Positions 12,535 through 26,160 of a stretch of DNA of 64,000 bases are shown here, piece after piece. The stretch's first letter is position 1, and each line of letters begins with the position of its first letter. The notes under the pieces were generated by a model, which saw nothing but the letters and a program-made list of their open reading frames with translations, was not told the DNA's origin and did not search any database. Source of the DNA: Mobula hypostoma (Eukaryota); NCBI RefSeq assembly GCF_963921235.1, contig NC_086108.1, positions 37,140,001 through 37,204,000 on the forward strand. The letters are read 5' to 3'. Position numbers and translations under genes: made by a program.

Positions 12535-13950
12535 CAACACAAGAAATTCTACAGATGCTGGAAATTCAAAGCAGCACACACAAATTGCTGGAGGAACTCA
12601 GCAGGTCATGCAGCATCCATGGAAATGAATAAACAGTCGACATTTCGGACCAAAACCCTTCTTTGAGACTGGAAAGACGGGGGGAGATGACAGAATAAAA
12701 AGGTGGGGGTAGGGGAAGAAGGATAGCTCGAAGGTGATAGGTGAAATCCGGTGAGTAAGAAAGGTGAAGGGCTGGAGAGGACGGAATCTGATAGGAGAGA
12801 AGAGTGGACCATAGCAGAAGGGGAAGGAGTAGGAAATCCAGGGGGAGGTGATAGATAGGTAAGAAGATGCAAGAGGCCAGAGTAGGGAATAGAAGAAGAG
12901 GGAGGAGGAGGGAGTTATTTTTTAACAGAAGCAGAAATCGATAATCATGCCATCAGGTTGGAAGCTACCCAGATATAGTATAAGGTGTTGCTCCTCCATG
13001 CTGGGAGTGGCCTCATTCTGGCACAAGAGGAGTCCATTGACTGACATGTCAGAACGGGATTGGGAATTGGATTTAAAATGTTTGGCAACCAGAAAGTTCT
13101 GCTTCTGGCAGATGGAATAGAGGTGCTTGACAGTGCGATCCCCCAATTTATGGCAGTCTCACTAATGTAGAGGAGGCCACATTGGGAACACCAGACACAA
13201 TAGACGACCCCAACAGATCTGCAGGTGAAATGCTGCCTCACCTGGAAGGATTGTTTAGAGCCCTGAATGGAGGTAAAAGAGGAGGTAAATGAATAAATGT
13301 AGCACTTTGGCCAATTGCAGGGTTAAGTGCTGGGAGGGAGATTAGTGGGGAGGAACAAATGGACATGGGAATCAATCAATGGGGGAGTTATCTCTGTGGA
13401 AAGCAGCTGGAGGTGTGGTAAGTGTATGTTTTGTGGTAGGATCTGTTTGGAGGTATTGCCGAGGATGATATGTTGGATATGAAGGCTTGTGTGGTGGTAG
13501 GTAAAGATAAGAGGAACTTTATCACTGTTAAGATGGCGGGAAGATGGAATGAGCGCAGATGTTTGGGAATTGGAGAAGATGCACATCAATAATGGAGGAA
13601 GAGAAACCCCTTTCTTTGAAGAAGGAGGACATCTCTGGTGTCCTGAAAACAGTGGCCTCATTCTGGGAACAGGTGTGGCAAAGACAAAGGAACTGAGAAA
13701 AGGGAATGGCATTTTTACAGGGGACTGGGCGTGAAGAGGTATAGTCAAAATAATTGTGTGACTTGGTAGGTTTATAAAAGACATCAGTTGACAGTTTGGC
13801 TCCAGAGATGGAGACAGAGAGATCAAGGAAGGGGAGGGAGGAATCAGAAATGGGCCAAGTGAATTTAAGGGTAGGGTGGAGGTTAGAGGCAAAGTTGAAG
13901 AAATTGACAAGTTGAGCATGGGTGGATGAAGCAGCACCAATGTAGTCGTC
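12535..13950 (-). mobile_element. Penelope-like element, 5'-truncated (RT C-terminus, GIY-YIG endonuclease, terminal repeat)
   Basis: QHFTCRSVGVVYCVWCSQCGLLYISET and AKHF..EEQHLILYLGSFQPDGMIIDF are PLE GIY-YIG motifs; frameshifted. Confidence 0.88.
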
Positions 13951-14714
13951 AATTTTATTCGTACTGTGTTACAAGTCAATGCCACCAAATAGTGGGAATG
14001 GAGTATGATGGGCAACCAATATTCAGACAACCAAAAGCAGCTTTGTATATGTCTGAGGATAAAAATGCTTAATAACATTACTCCTAAAGTATAATACATC
14101 AAAGGAGGGTGGGGAATTGGGACTTGAGTGAAGATTCAAATAAAGATAGTAATAATGGAAATAGTTAGCTGGCTAGACAGCGTCTGTGGAGAGAGAAATA
14201 CAGTTAATACCTTGGGGTCAATGACTTATCATGGCAATAGTTTGGGATTAAAAAAACGTTTAAAGTACATGAAGTGTGGAAATAGAGGAGTAAACAAAAG
14301 TCCTGTGAGCAGGTGAGAAATAGGGGAGGTTAAATGACAGATGGGATGATAGTGTATGTTGTTAGAGTTTAGTAACAGCAGAAGGTAAAGTAGTAATATA
14401 GTCAAGAGCAGTGATTCCCAAACTTTTTTTGGTTACCACCTCTTTGGCTCCCAGACCACATTCCCAGAGCACCTCTCTCCCTTTCTGGCCATTACATAAA
14501 AACTATAAGAAATTTTGATCAATGGTGCACAGTGAAAGAAAATGGAATCTGCAAATTCAAGGTAGTGACAAATAATTGCAAAAATTATTTAAATCTACAA
14601 ATAGAACTATTTCTGAATTTAACTACAGGAAAAAAACATTTTCTTCAACAGTATATTAGAGCTTACGGTATATTAGTAGTCCAACTATTCACTACTTTAT
14701 TATATTTTCAACCT

Positions 14715-16837
14715 TCACTGAGATGAATGGGCTTGGTGCAGTGATATCAGGTTCTCAACATCGGGCTGAGTGTCACTCAGAAGGAGTCTCAGATCCCCAC
14801 ATTCACTAATTTGCAGTCTGTTTCATTGCTTGGAGAGAAATTGGGTGACTGCACTGAAACTGCACTCCACTAAGTAGGATGGTGGAAAGGCAATAAAATC
14901 ACCTTGACCTTTTTCCACAGTGCAGATAGTGTTCAAAGGTTTCTTTCTACAACCAAAAATCTTGACATAATTTTCTGAACCTTAGCTTCAGCTCAAAGTC
15001 AGTTTGTAGCAAGATCACTTCTTATAAGACCATAAGGTATAGGAGCAGAAGTAGGCCATTCGGTCCATCAAGTCTGCTCTGCCATTCAATCATGTGCGGA
15101 TCCAATTCTTCCAGTCATCCCCACTTCCCTGCCTTCACCCCATACCCTTTGATGCCCTGGCTAATCATGAACCTATCTTTCTCTGCCTTAAATACACCCA
15201 GTGACTTGGCCTCCACAGCTGCTCATGGCAACAAATTCCACAGATTTACCACCCTCTGACTAAAGTAATTTCTCCGCATCTCAGTTCTAAAAGGATGTCC
15301 TTCAATCCTGAAGTCATGCCCTCTTGTCCTAAAGCCTTCATCCTCCAGCCTTCCTGTTAATTCTTCATGACAATAGTTTGCCATGGATGAGATGGGCCTG
15401 AGGACTTGTTTCTGTGCAGTCTTTTCAATGACTCTATGACTCTAAGTGTTCAGGAATGGATTTATTACTCAATCCGGAATTTGGATCGAGAACAGATCCT
15501 GAAATCCCTCTGACATGTCTGTATGCAGCTCATCCAGTTGGGCACAGTATAAAAGATCATCATCTGGTATTCTTGCTTTCTCTTCCATCTCAGGGAGAAT
15601 TAGAAATTGGAAAAGATTACACTCAAATAGGGTTAACTTTGACAGAAATGTGGAGATGAGTAATTTGACTTAGATAAGGCTCTCATAAATTATTTGCAAT
15701 TCAAGGATGATTTCATTAATCTTTGTGAATCATTCTGACAAATAAGCAATGTCATGCCAAGCATTCTTGAGTTGATCTCTGAATGAAGCATTTGACTCTT
15801 CAAAGAATTTTATCACAGTTTCAAAAAGCACATGAAATTTTCTCAGGCAGTTTTACATTTGAGAGCCATCTGATTTCTGTGTGCAACAGCAAGTATTCAG
15901 ACTGTTCACCATTCGCAATACAAGGCTCTTGAAATAGTCGAGAACTGAGAGCATGGGACTTGATTTTATTTATTGCTGTCATAGCAGTATTTAATGATTT
16001 GCGCAGCTGATCATTGAGGTTTTTTATGACAAAATGTTGACTGTGAATTACACAGTGAGTGGTAAATATGTTAGGTACAGCTTTTTTCAAGAATATAATG
16101 ACTCCATGATGGGGCCTGTCATTGATGGTGCCCAAGCAAGAATGTTAGTAAGTGAAATGTCATTCTCTTTGAAAAATTGCTCAACAACCCAAATTCTTGA
16201 CCTCCCTTTCATATCTGTGTCTTGTCCACTTACAAATAACAACTCTTCAACCATACTTTCATCTTTTATGAAGCGAAGATTCATTGCCTGCCAAAGTTGA
16301 CTCATCCAACTGCAGAGCAAATTTTGTTGTCTTAAAAATGTTGCACAATGTGTCTTCACACATTCTCAGATATTTCATCTATTCATCTTTGAACAGAGTT
16401 AACATTGAGCAGAATCACTTTAATTATTTGATCAGGTGATTTATGCAAAATCATACTCAGAACCTCCCTTACGCTGGCAGAATCAGTTCTCCAATTGTAT
16501 GGGGCTTTCCAGATTCAGCAATGAGCAGTTAACTGTTGTATGAAGCATGCAAACTGTTTTGTTATGAAGTGCTAGCAAAAGCATTTTGAATTGTGTTTCA
16601 TTTCTGAAAGTTTTCTCGGAGACAGAGAATAAGCCAAGTTATTTCTTGCTTTATCAGAGTGTATTCTGTTTAAATGTTCAAGGACCTGGATGGTTTCATA
16701 GCCTCATTTGAGAAGAAAAAATTACGCAATAGACACATTGGCTGCGGTTGGTTGCTTGGTGCTGATAGACATCTATATTGTAGATACTCCGCACTATACT
16801 GTCTACGCTTCTTTTTCATTTGGTCTGTGTTTGCCAT
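14715..16837 (-). pseudogene. Disrupted hAT transposase (SCAND3/ZBED8/FAM200-like family)
   Basis: MANTDQMKKKRRQYSAEYL..PMCLL..SNEAMKPS (BED finger region), THCVIHSQH, LLLHTEIRWLS, C-terminal HQAHSSQ*. Many stops and frameshifts, plus nested inserts. Confidence 0.85.
15023..15330 (-). mobile_element. CR1 3' fragment nested in the hAT element
   Basis: AAGACCATAAGGTATAGGAGCAGAA tail and TTCCACAGATTTACCACCCTCTG. Confidence 0.8.
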
Positions 16838-18309
16838 TTTTGTTATGGATTAATGACAATGATCAATCAACCATTGTTTGAGGCTAATCTTAAGTACTGC
16901 AATCACTAAAGGGGAGAATTATGACACAATTATAGCTCAGGCAAAATCTGACTCTCTGTTTGAAGGAACATAAAGGGGGAAGCAATATCTTGGTTGGACT
17001 GTGGGCTAGAGAAGTGCAATTAAGACCATTTGAAAGGGCAGGTTCTGAACTTCACCCCATTAAATGCCATACCCTAATTCACAGGAATTGCATTACTGTG
17101 GGATTAAAGTATGGAAATCATACTAGCTAGCAAGAGGTGAGGTAATTACATGACCATTGTAATTAATTATGAGGGACTGAGGATCAACTTATTACCATAA
17201 GTCATTCATTTCTTAAATTAAACCTCTAATCCCTCAGCTGCCTCCCTTGCTACTGATCAAACCCCCCCCCCCAACTGCTCCTTTTATCTTCATTGCCCCT
17301 TTGGAAACTCCACCACCCCCATTGGGGTTGGGTAATATCACCCATTTTGGGAACCACTGGTCTAGAGGAATTGTAAATGAGGAGAACAAAAGCCTTCAGG
17401 CAGATCCAATGGCCTTATACAAGCACTTATAATAGGCGTTCTTGTGGAACTCCCCACTTACATAAAAACATAAGTAGGCCATCAGGCCTGTCAAGCTTGC
17501 TCCACCATTAATTAAGATCATGGCCATAGACCTGCTCTATCTACGTGCCTTTTCATAGCAGTGAGTTGGCCTAAGCTGGCAGTAACACCTTTTGCCCCTG
17601 TTGTCACCACCTGTTTACCAGAGCAGCATGAAATTCACAGGAACCTAGCTCCATGTAACCCATCTGCTGAGACTGTGCCTGATTAAATCTAATATGAACA
17701 CAGTTCTTAAAATAAGCAACAGGCATCAGCTGCTGAAAGAAAGGTGTACAGCCTCTCTTATTATTTATTTACGTAAGTTTCATTGTTTTTAATTAACTTT
17801 TGGTGTATGACATTCACTTTTAGTGCTTTCAATGCAAGAGAAAATTATATTTTTAACCTCAGTTTAAAAAAAACAGGTCCCATATGTTACAGGCTGTTAC
17901 TGTCAAAGGCATTTGCAACATTTAATGATTTTGAAAACACTAAAAGCTTTGGAAGTTCTTTGCCCTGGGGGATAGGGTGCCACTGTCTGTCAAAGCTGCA
18001 CTGAGAGTACAGATGACCAGCTCTGTTGTAACAGACCACAGTGATCGATGATGATGTGCTGGAAGCCAAACTCGCAGCAGGAGTCTGTATCCTTGGAACA
18101 AACGGTGAACTTTAAGGCAATGGAATGCATTCCCCATAATCTGAAATTGCAAAAAGACAGTGGAGAGAAATTGAGGAGAGGAAAGGACGAGCAAGAGCTG
18201 AACCATAGGAAAGAAGTGCAGGGTGGGACTGGCAGCAATGTTAATGAAATCTTTAACTTAGTGTTCAAACAGAAGGGGCTTTGATACAACCATTTGTCAA
18301 CTCAAAAGA

Positions 18310-18725
18310 GAACATAGAACATAGAAATCTACAGCACATTATAGGCCCTTTGGCCCACAATGTTGTGTTGACCATGTAACATACTCTCGAAACTAACTGG
18401 AATTACCTTATCACATAGCCTTCTATTTTTCTAAGCTCCACATACCTACCTAAAAGTCTCTGAAAAGACCTTATTGTAGCCACCTCCACCACCATCACTG
18501 GCAGTGCAGTCCATACACCCACCACCCTCTGTGTGAAAAACCTATCCCTGACATCCTCTCTGTACCTACTTCCAAGCACCTTAAAACTATGCCCCCTCGT
18601 GTTAACCATTTCAGCCCTGGGAAAAAGCCTTTGGCTATCCACACATTCAATGTCTCTCATCATCTTATACCTCTCTAACAGGTCACCTCTCATCTTTCAT
18701 TGCTCCAAGGAGAATAGGCCAAGTT
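18310..18725 (-). mobile_element. CR1 3' fragment (second tail subfamily)
   Basis: ORF 18403-18693 reads RGDLLERYKMMR..TRGHSFKV..FFTQRVVGVW; (AACATAG)n tail. Confidence 0.88.
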
Positions 18726-19000
18726 AGATTAGATTAGCTTTATTCATCACATGTACATTAAAATATTGAAAAATGAACTGAACTGTATTGTTTGCATCAA
18801 CGATTAACACCGTCTGGATATACGTTGGTGGTCGTCCTTTAGTAATGCGATGCTTCCAGTGCCTAAGAAGCATGCCCACACTTACTCATCCATACATGTT
18901 TGAAATATGGGAGGAAATTGGAGCTCCTGGAAGTAAACCACATGTTCACGGGGGAGAACATGCAAACTCATTACAGACAGTGGTGGAAATTGAACACCCT
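18726..19000 (-). mobile_element. V-domain SINE remnant
   Basis: Minus strand GAGTTTGCATGTTCTCCCCCGTG..TCCAGGAGCTCCAATTTCCTCCCA resembles the V-SINE central domain. Confidence 0.6.
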
Positions 19001-20732
19001 CCCCCCACCTTGAGGGAGGAAACTTGGGTGGATCCAAAATGCTGGAAGTGGATATCATGAACATAAATGGATATCAGAGGTTTTGAAGGTTATAATTTGC
19101 CTAGTTGGAAGATGAAGTGCAATTTCTCAAGTTATGCCCAGCTTCACTGAAATAATATAGGAGGGCGAGGACAGATAAGTCAAAGTGGGATGAATAATGA
19201 AAGTGATAGGCAACTGGATGTTTGGCACACTGCTTGGGGAGTGAATAGAGGTATTCCACAACTAGAAGCTCCTATTGCAATACCTTTTACTTGGAGGAAG
19301 AGAACGGAATCAAAAATTGAGGAACTCTTCACTCCACAAGTCTGGGTTACAGGACATTCCCAATATTTCTGAAACTCCAACAACTCAGAAGCAAAGCTTT
19401 GGTAAATATACACATTTAACTTTCCTTCCAATCATTTGTGAAATTGCAGAATGATGCTGAGGACCTCTTGAATTAGTGCGGGTTGCAGATGAGCTCTGTG
19501 AGCCCTGGATCTGCTTAACACAAGACATCAGCTCCATCATGGCACAGTGTGGTATCACTGGTGTCAAATCACGATTACAGAAGAGCAGCTGATGTGATTT
19601 ACATATTCTACAAATTTCTGGCATCTGCTAATGATGCACAAAATACATACACTAACCAATTTGCTGGGTGACAAAGTTTCATTAAAAATGGATGTTCACA
19701 TCTTTTGCGAAGAATTGGAAGGAAATCGGCAGCAGTAGTGTCGACATAACAACTGCTATTGAGCTCATCTCTTGACAGAGGTGACTAATTGTAGGTAAAA
19801 ATTCCAAGTGACAGGCTTTGTGAAATACTCTTCAGATTCCCTTTGGTGATCTAGCAAACACAAAACATCAGTATAGCCTAGCGACCTACTTTGCTGAAAT
19901 CCACCAATGACATTTTGATGGTCCCAGCACTTATAACACTTTGTTAATCTATTGCTGCATTGATGCTAGTTACTACAAATTTTTGTAGTTACTTGTTCTG
20001 GTACTGAGATTCATTAAACCTGTTTTAATTATGGCTCTTTATAGCTTCAGGGACAAAGCCTTGAAGGCTGAGTTTAATCCTGGGACTCACAGTTAAAGGT
20101 GCATAAGCTAAAATTCAATTACAAGTGCATATGCTCTATATATTACACCATTGTACTGCAGTAAAACTTCAATCCCTGAATATAACCTGTTCTAAATAGG
20201 CAACATAAGAAAAACTGAAAATTTTTAGCTTCATAGTTTTAGGGGTAAAGAGTGCAAGGGTGATGCTGTGCAGTGTCCAAAAGATACCTGGCTGCAAAAG
20301 TTGTTCACATCAACGCAATTAATAGTCAGTGTGCCATACATCTAAAGGCGCAGGTCTTTTCTGCCAGAATAAGACTTAATGTGCACTATTTAAAGAGATT
20401 ATCAGTAAGTGACAATCAGCTAGACCTGAGGTGATATTGATTCCATGAAGGCCACTGTTGCAAGTCTTGCTGAATTCTGAGATGCAGCTTGCCATTTGTT
20501 TGTTGAAATGGTGGGGGTGTGGGTTGGCTTGGTATTCAAGTCATAGATTGTTCGTCTTTACTTGGAAAATAACACAGCTTCTGGGTGTAACTGTGCCCCT
20601 CCAGCCTACTGCTGTATACAAAGGGATGATGACCAAGGGGTTGAGAGTTTACTAGTTTGAGAAATTGCAAAGTTGAGGTTAAAATTAGAGTAGCTGTGAT
20701 CTCACTGAATGGCAAGTGGCCTAGCCCTGCTT

Positions 20733-23700
20733 AGAACATGGAACATAGAACAGTACAGCACAGGAACAGGCCTTCAGCCCACAGTGTTGTGCCAAACTAA
20801 ATAAATTAGTCGTGAAATGGTTAACCAAACTACACAATGTCCACATCCTTCCACTTTCCTCACATTCATGTGCCTAAGTGCTTCTTTAATGTCTCTGTTG
20901 TATTTGTCTTCAGCACCACCACTGGAAGTGCTTTCCAGATACCAAACACTACACTCTGCTTAAAAAAAACTACCCCTGTGTATCTCCTTAGAATTTGCCT
21001 GCCTCAGCTTAAGTGCCTGCCTTTTGGTATTAGACATATCAATCTTGCACAAAAGGTGCTACTGCCTACTCTATCTATGCCCCTCCCAATTCTATAAACT
21101 TTTATCAGATCTCCACTCAACTTCTACAACTCCAGAAAAAAGCATCACAAGTCTGTGCAATCTTTTGTTAGAGCACATGGCCTCTAATCTAGGCAGCATC
21201 CTGGTAAATCTCTTCTGCACCTTCTTCAGAACCTCAACATTCTTTCTATAGTAGGGTGACCAGAATTGAATGCAATATTCCAAAAGTGACCTAACTAGAA
21301 TTTTATAAAACTACAGCATAACTTCATGACTCTTGAACTCATTCCTGTGACTAATAAAGTTAAGTATGCCACATGTCCTCTTTACCATCCTATCAACCTG
21401 TTTAGCCATTTTCAGGGAACCATGGACATACATGCCAAATTCCATCTTCACACCAACATGGTATTATGGGTCTTGCCGTTAACAATGTTTTCTTCCTTTA
21501 CATTTGATCTTGCAAAATGCAATACTTCACATTTGGCTGGTTTAAGCTCCATCTGCTATTTCTGTACCCATACCTGCTATATCCTGCTGTATCCTTTGGC
21601 AGACTTCTACATTATCCTCAACACCACTATTCTTACAACAAACTTACTAACCCTTCCATATATGCTTACTGTATATCTAGGTCATTTATGTATTTGACAA
21701 ATAGTAGAACTCTCAGTACGGATCCCTGGAACACCACTAGTCACAGATCTCCAGCAAACACTACCTTCTGTCTTCTATGGGGAAGACAATTCTAAATCAA
21801 AAAGGCCAATTCACTGCATATCCCATACATCTTAATCTTCTAGATGAACCTCCATGGGGGATCTTGTCTAATGCCACACCGGTCCATGTGGACAGCATCG
21901 ACAACTCTATCTTCATCAGTCAGCTTTGACAGCTTGAAAAACTCTATCAATTTAGTAAGACATGACTTGCCCCACAAAACCATGGTGGTTACCTTTAAAT
22001 AAGCCATGATTTTCTAATGCTCATAAATCCTATCCCTAAGAATACTTTTCAGTAACTTCACTACCACTGATCTGAAACTCACTGGTCTAGTTTCCAGGAC
22101 TTTTGCTTTTATATTATAGTATTCTTGAAATAAATGCTAATATTGTATCTGCCTCCTTACAACCGGCTCAACCTGCAAATTAACCTTCAGGGAATCCTCC
22201 ACGAGGACTCCCAATTCCCTTTGCACCAATGATTTCTGAAATTTCTCCTGGTTTATAAAATAGTCTATGCTTTTATTTCTTCTACTAAATTGAATGACCA
22301 TACACATCCCCACACTGTATTCCATCTGCAACATCTTTGCCTATTCTCCTAATCTGGCTAAATCCTTCTGCAAACTCCCTGCTTCCTCACTACTACATGC
22401 CTCTTCAACTATCTTTGTATTGTCTGCAAACCTGGCCACAAAGCCATCAATACCATCATCCAAATCATTAACACGATGACGAGCGTGAAAAGAAACGACT
22501 TCAACACCAACCCCTGCTGAACACCACTAATCACTATTAGGCTTCCAGAAAAGGTCTCTTTGTTCTCACTCTTTGCCTCCTGCCAGTCATCCATTCTAGT
22601 ATGTTTCCTGTAATGCTACGAGCTCTTATCTTATTTAGCAACGTTATATGTGTCACCTTGTCAAAGGCCTTCTGAAAATCCAAGTAAGCAACATTCTCTG
22701 ATTCTTCTCCTTTGTCTCTTCTGCCTGTTATTTCCTCAAATAATTTCAACAGATTTGTCAGGTAGGTTTTCCCCTTAAGGAAACCATGCTGGCTACAGAA
22801 TATTTTATCACGTACTTTCAAGCACCTTGAAAACTTATCCTTAATAATGGACCCCAACTTCTCAACCACTGAAGTCAGGCTAACTGGTCTATAATGTTCT
22901 GTCTTTTGCCTCGTTCCCTTCTTAAAGAGTGGAGTGACATTTGTAATTTTCCAGGCCTCCAGAACCATTCCAGGACCAAATGATTCTTGAAAGATCACTA
23001 TTAGTGCTATTACAATCTCTTCAGATACCTCTTTCAGATTCCTGGAGTGCAGTCCATCTGGTCCAGGTAACTTATTTACCTTCAGATATTTCAGCTTCCC
23101 AAGCACATCTCCTTTGTAATATCAACTACAGATACTTCTGCCTTCAGACTCTCTCAAATTTCTGGCATGGTGCTTGTGTCTTCCACATAGAAGACTGATG
23201 TAATGTAGTTAATAGGTTCATCTTCCATTTCTTTGTCCCCCATTACTACCTCTCCAGCATCATATTCCTGCAGTCCAATATCCACTCTCACCTCTCTTTA
23301 CTCTTCACATATCTGAAAAAAATAACTTCTAGTATTCTCTTTTACAGTATTGGCTAGCTTATATTTTTCATCTTTTCTCTCCTTATGCCTTTTTTATTTG
23401 CCTTCTGTTGTTTTTTAAAAGCTTCCCAATCCTCTAGTTTCACTCTAATTTTTGATATGTTATATGCCCTTTCTTTTACTTTTATGTTGTTTTTGACATC
23501 CCCTGTCAGATACAGCTGTCTTATCCACCCATCAGAATACTTCTTCTGTTGGAAGTACTGTACCTTCCAAATTGCTCCCAGAAATTCAAGCCATTGTTGT
23601 TCTGGCATCATCCCTGCTAGCGTTTCCTTCCAATCAACTTTGGCTAACTCTTTTCTCATGCCTCTATAGTTTCCTTTAATCCATGGTAATACTGATACAT

Positions 23701-26160
23701 CTTATTTTAGCTTCTCCCTCTCAAATTGAAGGGTGCATTCTATCATATTATGATTACTGTCTCCTAAAGATTCCATTACCTAAAGCTCCCTAATCAAATC
23801 TGGTCTATTACATAACACCCAATTCAGAGTTGTGTTTTCCTTCATGGGCTCAACAACAAGCTGCTCTAAAAAGCATTCTACAAATGGAGGAGTCCCATTG
23901 ACCGCTACCCTCTGTCTTCTATAGGTAATATCCCTTGCATCGTAATGTTTATGGACCTTGTCAAATGCCTTACTAAAATCCATGTAGACAACATCCAGAG
24001 CTCTACTGTCATCAACTACTTTCGTCAGCTCCTCAAAAATCTCATTCAAGTTGGTAGGCCATGAATTTCTTTGCACTGCAGCATGCTGACTGTCCTTAAT
24101 TAGGTTATGGTTTTCGAAATGGTCATAAGTCATGTCCCTAAGAATCATCTCCAATAACTTCCCTACGCAGTCATGAGACTCACCAGTCTGTAGCTTCCAG
24201 GATTATCTCCATTTCCCTTCTAGAATAATCCAACAACATTTGCTACTTGCCAGTACTCTGGAACCTTGCCTGTGGTTAAAAAGTCCACAAAGACATTGCT
24301 CAAGGCCTGATAAAAGGAGGGAGGAGAAGATGGCGACGCGACGCAGCATGCGCAGCCGTTCCGAATGAATATCGATATGTGTAACTAGGGGGCCGTGCAT
24401 CAATCCAGATTTGATGGGGACAGCCGGGAGAAAGCGCAGAGGAACATCTGGAGAAATTTATGAAATGCCTGCTTGGCTGCCGCTGCTACTGTGCGATCGA
24501 GAATCTCCAGAGACGAAGGTCCCAAATCCTCAGCTTTGCGTATCGCCTGTTGCCGGGGCCAGGGTTGAAACGCTCGGCAGAGATGGTGCTCAGTGCTCGG
24601 TGTCAAATAGGTGGTCGGAGGCTCAGAGTTTTTCGGACGGACTCAGAGTCGGACTGTGGTCGGATGCTTCCGGGATGCTGCATCGGCAAGTTGGCGGCGC
24701 TGGAGGTTTACCGTCTGCATGAGCTGATGGGACTTTTGAGTGACTCTGAGACTTTTACTGTGCCATTGTCTGTTCTTATCAAATTATGGTATTGTTTTGC
24801 ACTGTTGTAACTATATGTTATAATTATGTGGCTTTTGTTAGTTTATAAGTTGGTTTGTCATGCATTTTCATGATATAATTCTGGAAAAACATTTTTATCA
24901 TTTCTTAATGCATGCATTACTAAATGACAATAAAAGGGGACTGCATATCCTCATAATCATAATCATAATCATAATTCTTATCTCCTGCCTTTCTCTATAA
25001 CCTCAGTTTATCCCATCAGTCCCTGTTCACTTCTCCACCTTAATGTTCTTTAAGAGATCCAATACTACATCCTTCAGATTCTTGAAATGGCCTAACAAAT
25101 TAGCACACTCCACACTAATCTCCACATCCTCCCACACTCTTCTCCTTGGTAAATACTGATGTAATGTACTCATTTAGAACCTCACCCACATCCTCCACCT
25201 CCAAGCGCATGTTTCCTCCTTTATTCTTAAGTGGTCCTACCCACTTCCTTGTTATCCTCTTGCCCTTGATACTGTATATGTGTAGAATGGCTTGAGATTC
25301 TCTTTAATTCTTCTTGGTCAGACTTTTCATGACCTTCCCTGCCTTTTCTAATTGTATTCTTGAGTTCTTTTCTGGCTTCTTTATAATCCTTAAAGGCTCT
25401 GTTTGAGTTCAGCTTCCTGAAACTTACATATATTTCTCTTTCCTTCTTGACTAAATCTACCACCTCTTGCGACATATGATTCCCTTAACTTGTCTCCATT
25501 TCCTTCCTTTTTACTGGAACATAATACACCTGCCCTGTACTCAGAATGTTCGGTCTTTAAACACCCTCCACAGCTGTTTTTGGACTTGCCCAAAAACAAC
25601 TGTTCCCAATTACCTTTCCCTAGTTTCTATCTAATATTGTATAATTTGCCCTGCTCCAATTTAATACTCGCTTGCAAAGTCCATACTTACCCTTATCCAT
25701 AGCTGCCTTAAAACTTAAGAAGTTGTGGTCATTGTTCCCTAACTGTTCTCCTACAGAAATCAGTCACCTGGCCAGGCTCAATACCCAACACCAGGTCTAG
25801 TAGGCCTCTCTGGCTCTCCTCCTGTTGTGCTATCTGCATATTTATTAATGGAATATTCTTGGATATACCTAACATACATATCTAAACCTCTTGCTCTAAG
25901 GAGGTGCCAATCAATATTAGTGAGGTTGAAGTCACCAACTACAATGACCCTGTAACTTTTACATCTTTCCCAAATCCACTAGCACATCTGTTCTTCAATT
26001 TCCTGGTGGCTGTTTGGGATTCAGTTGTGTATTCACATCAGAGTGATTACACCTTAGTTGTGTTTAATTTCTACTCTATAAACTAAGTGGATGAGCCCTC
26101 TATAATGTCCCTTCTAAGCATAGTTGTGATATTGTCCCTCATTAATAGTGCAACACCCTC
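20733..26160 (-). mobile_element. Cluster of at least three degenerate CR1 copies (about 20733-22115, 22135-23890, 23890-26160)
   Basis: EYCIQFWSPYYRK; KLPGPDGLHSR..NVTPLFKKG..YRPVSLTSVV..QHGFLKGK..YLDFQKAFDKV; YMDFSKAFDKV; APE remnants near 25900-26160. Confidence 0.88.
24313..24975 (+). mobile_element. Non-autonomous retroelement inserted in CR1
   Basis: CpG-rich head GGAGAAGATGGCGACG (YY1-like AAGATGGCG), T-rich body, GACAATAAA, then a (TCATAA)n tail; CR1 sequence resumes on both sides. Confidence 0.7.

Larger units (their letters stand above)
14409..17359 (-). mobile_element. hAT (Charlie/Buster-like) DNA transposon with both termini
   Basis: TIRs CAGTGATTCCCAAA (14409) and TTTGGGAACCACTG (ends 17359); 8-bp TSD GTCAAGAG / GTCTAGAG (7 of 8 match, NTCTAGAN-type site). 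Confidence 0.9.

Noticed and set aside
13323..14102. 259-aa minus-strand ORF
   Set aside because: Mostly an out-of-frame reading of decayed PLE RT plus flanking DNA.
17887..18289. Overlapping short ORFs in non-repeat DNA
   Set aside because: No domain or motif recognised in any frame.
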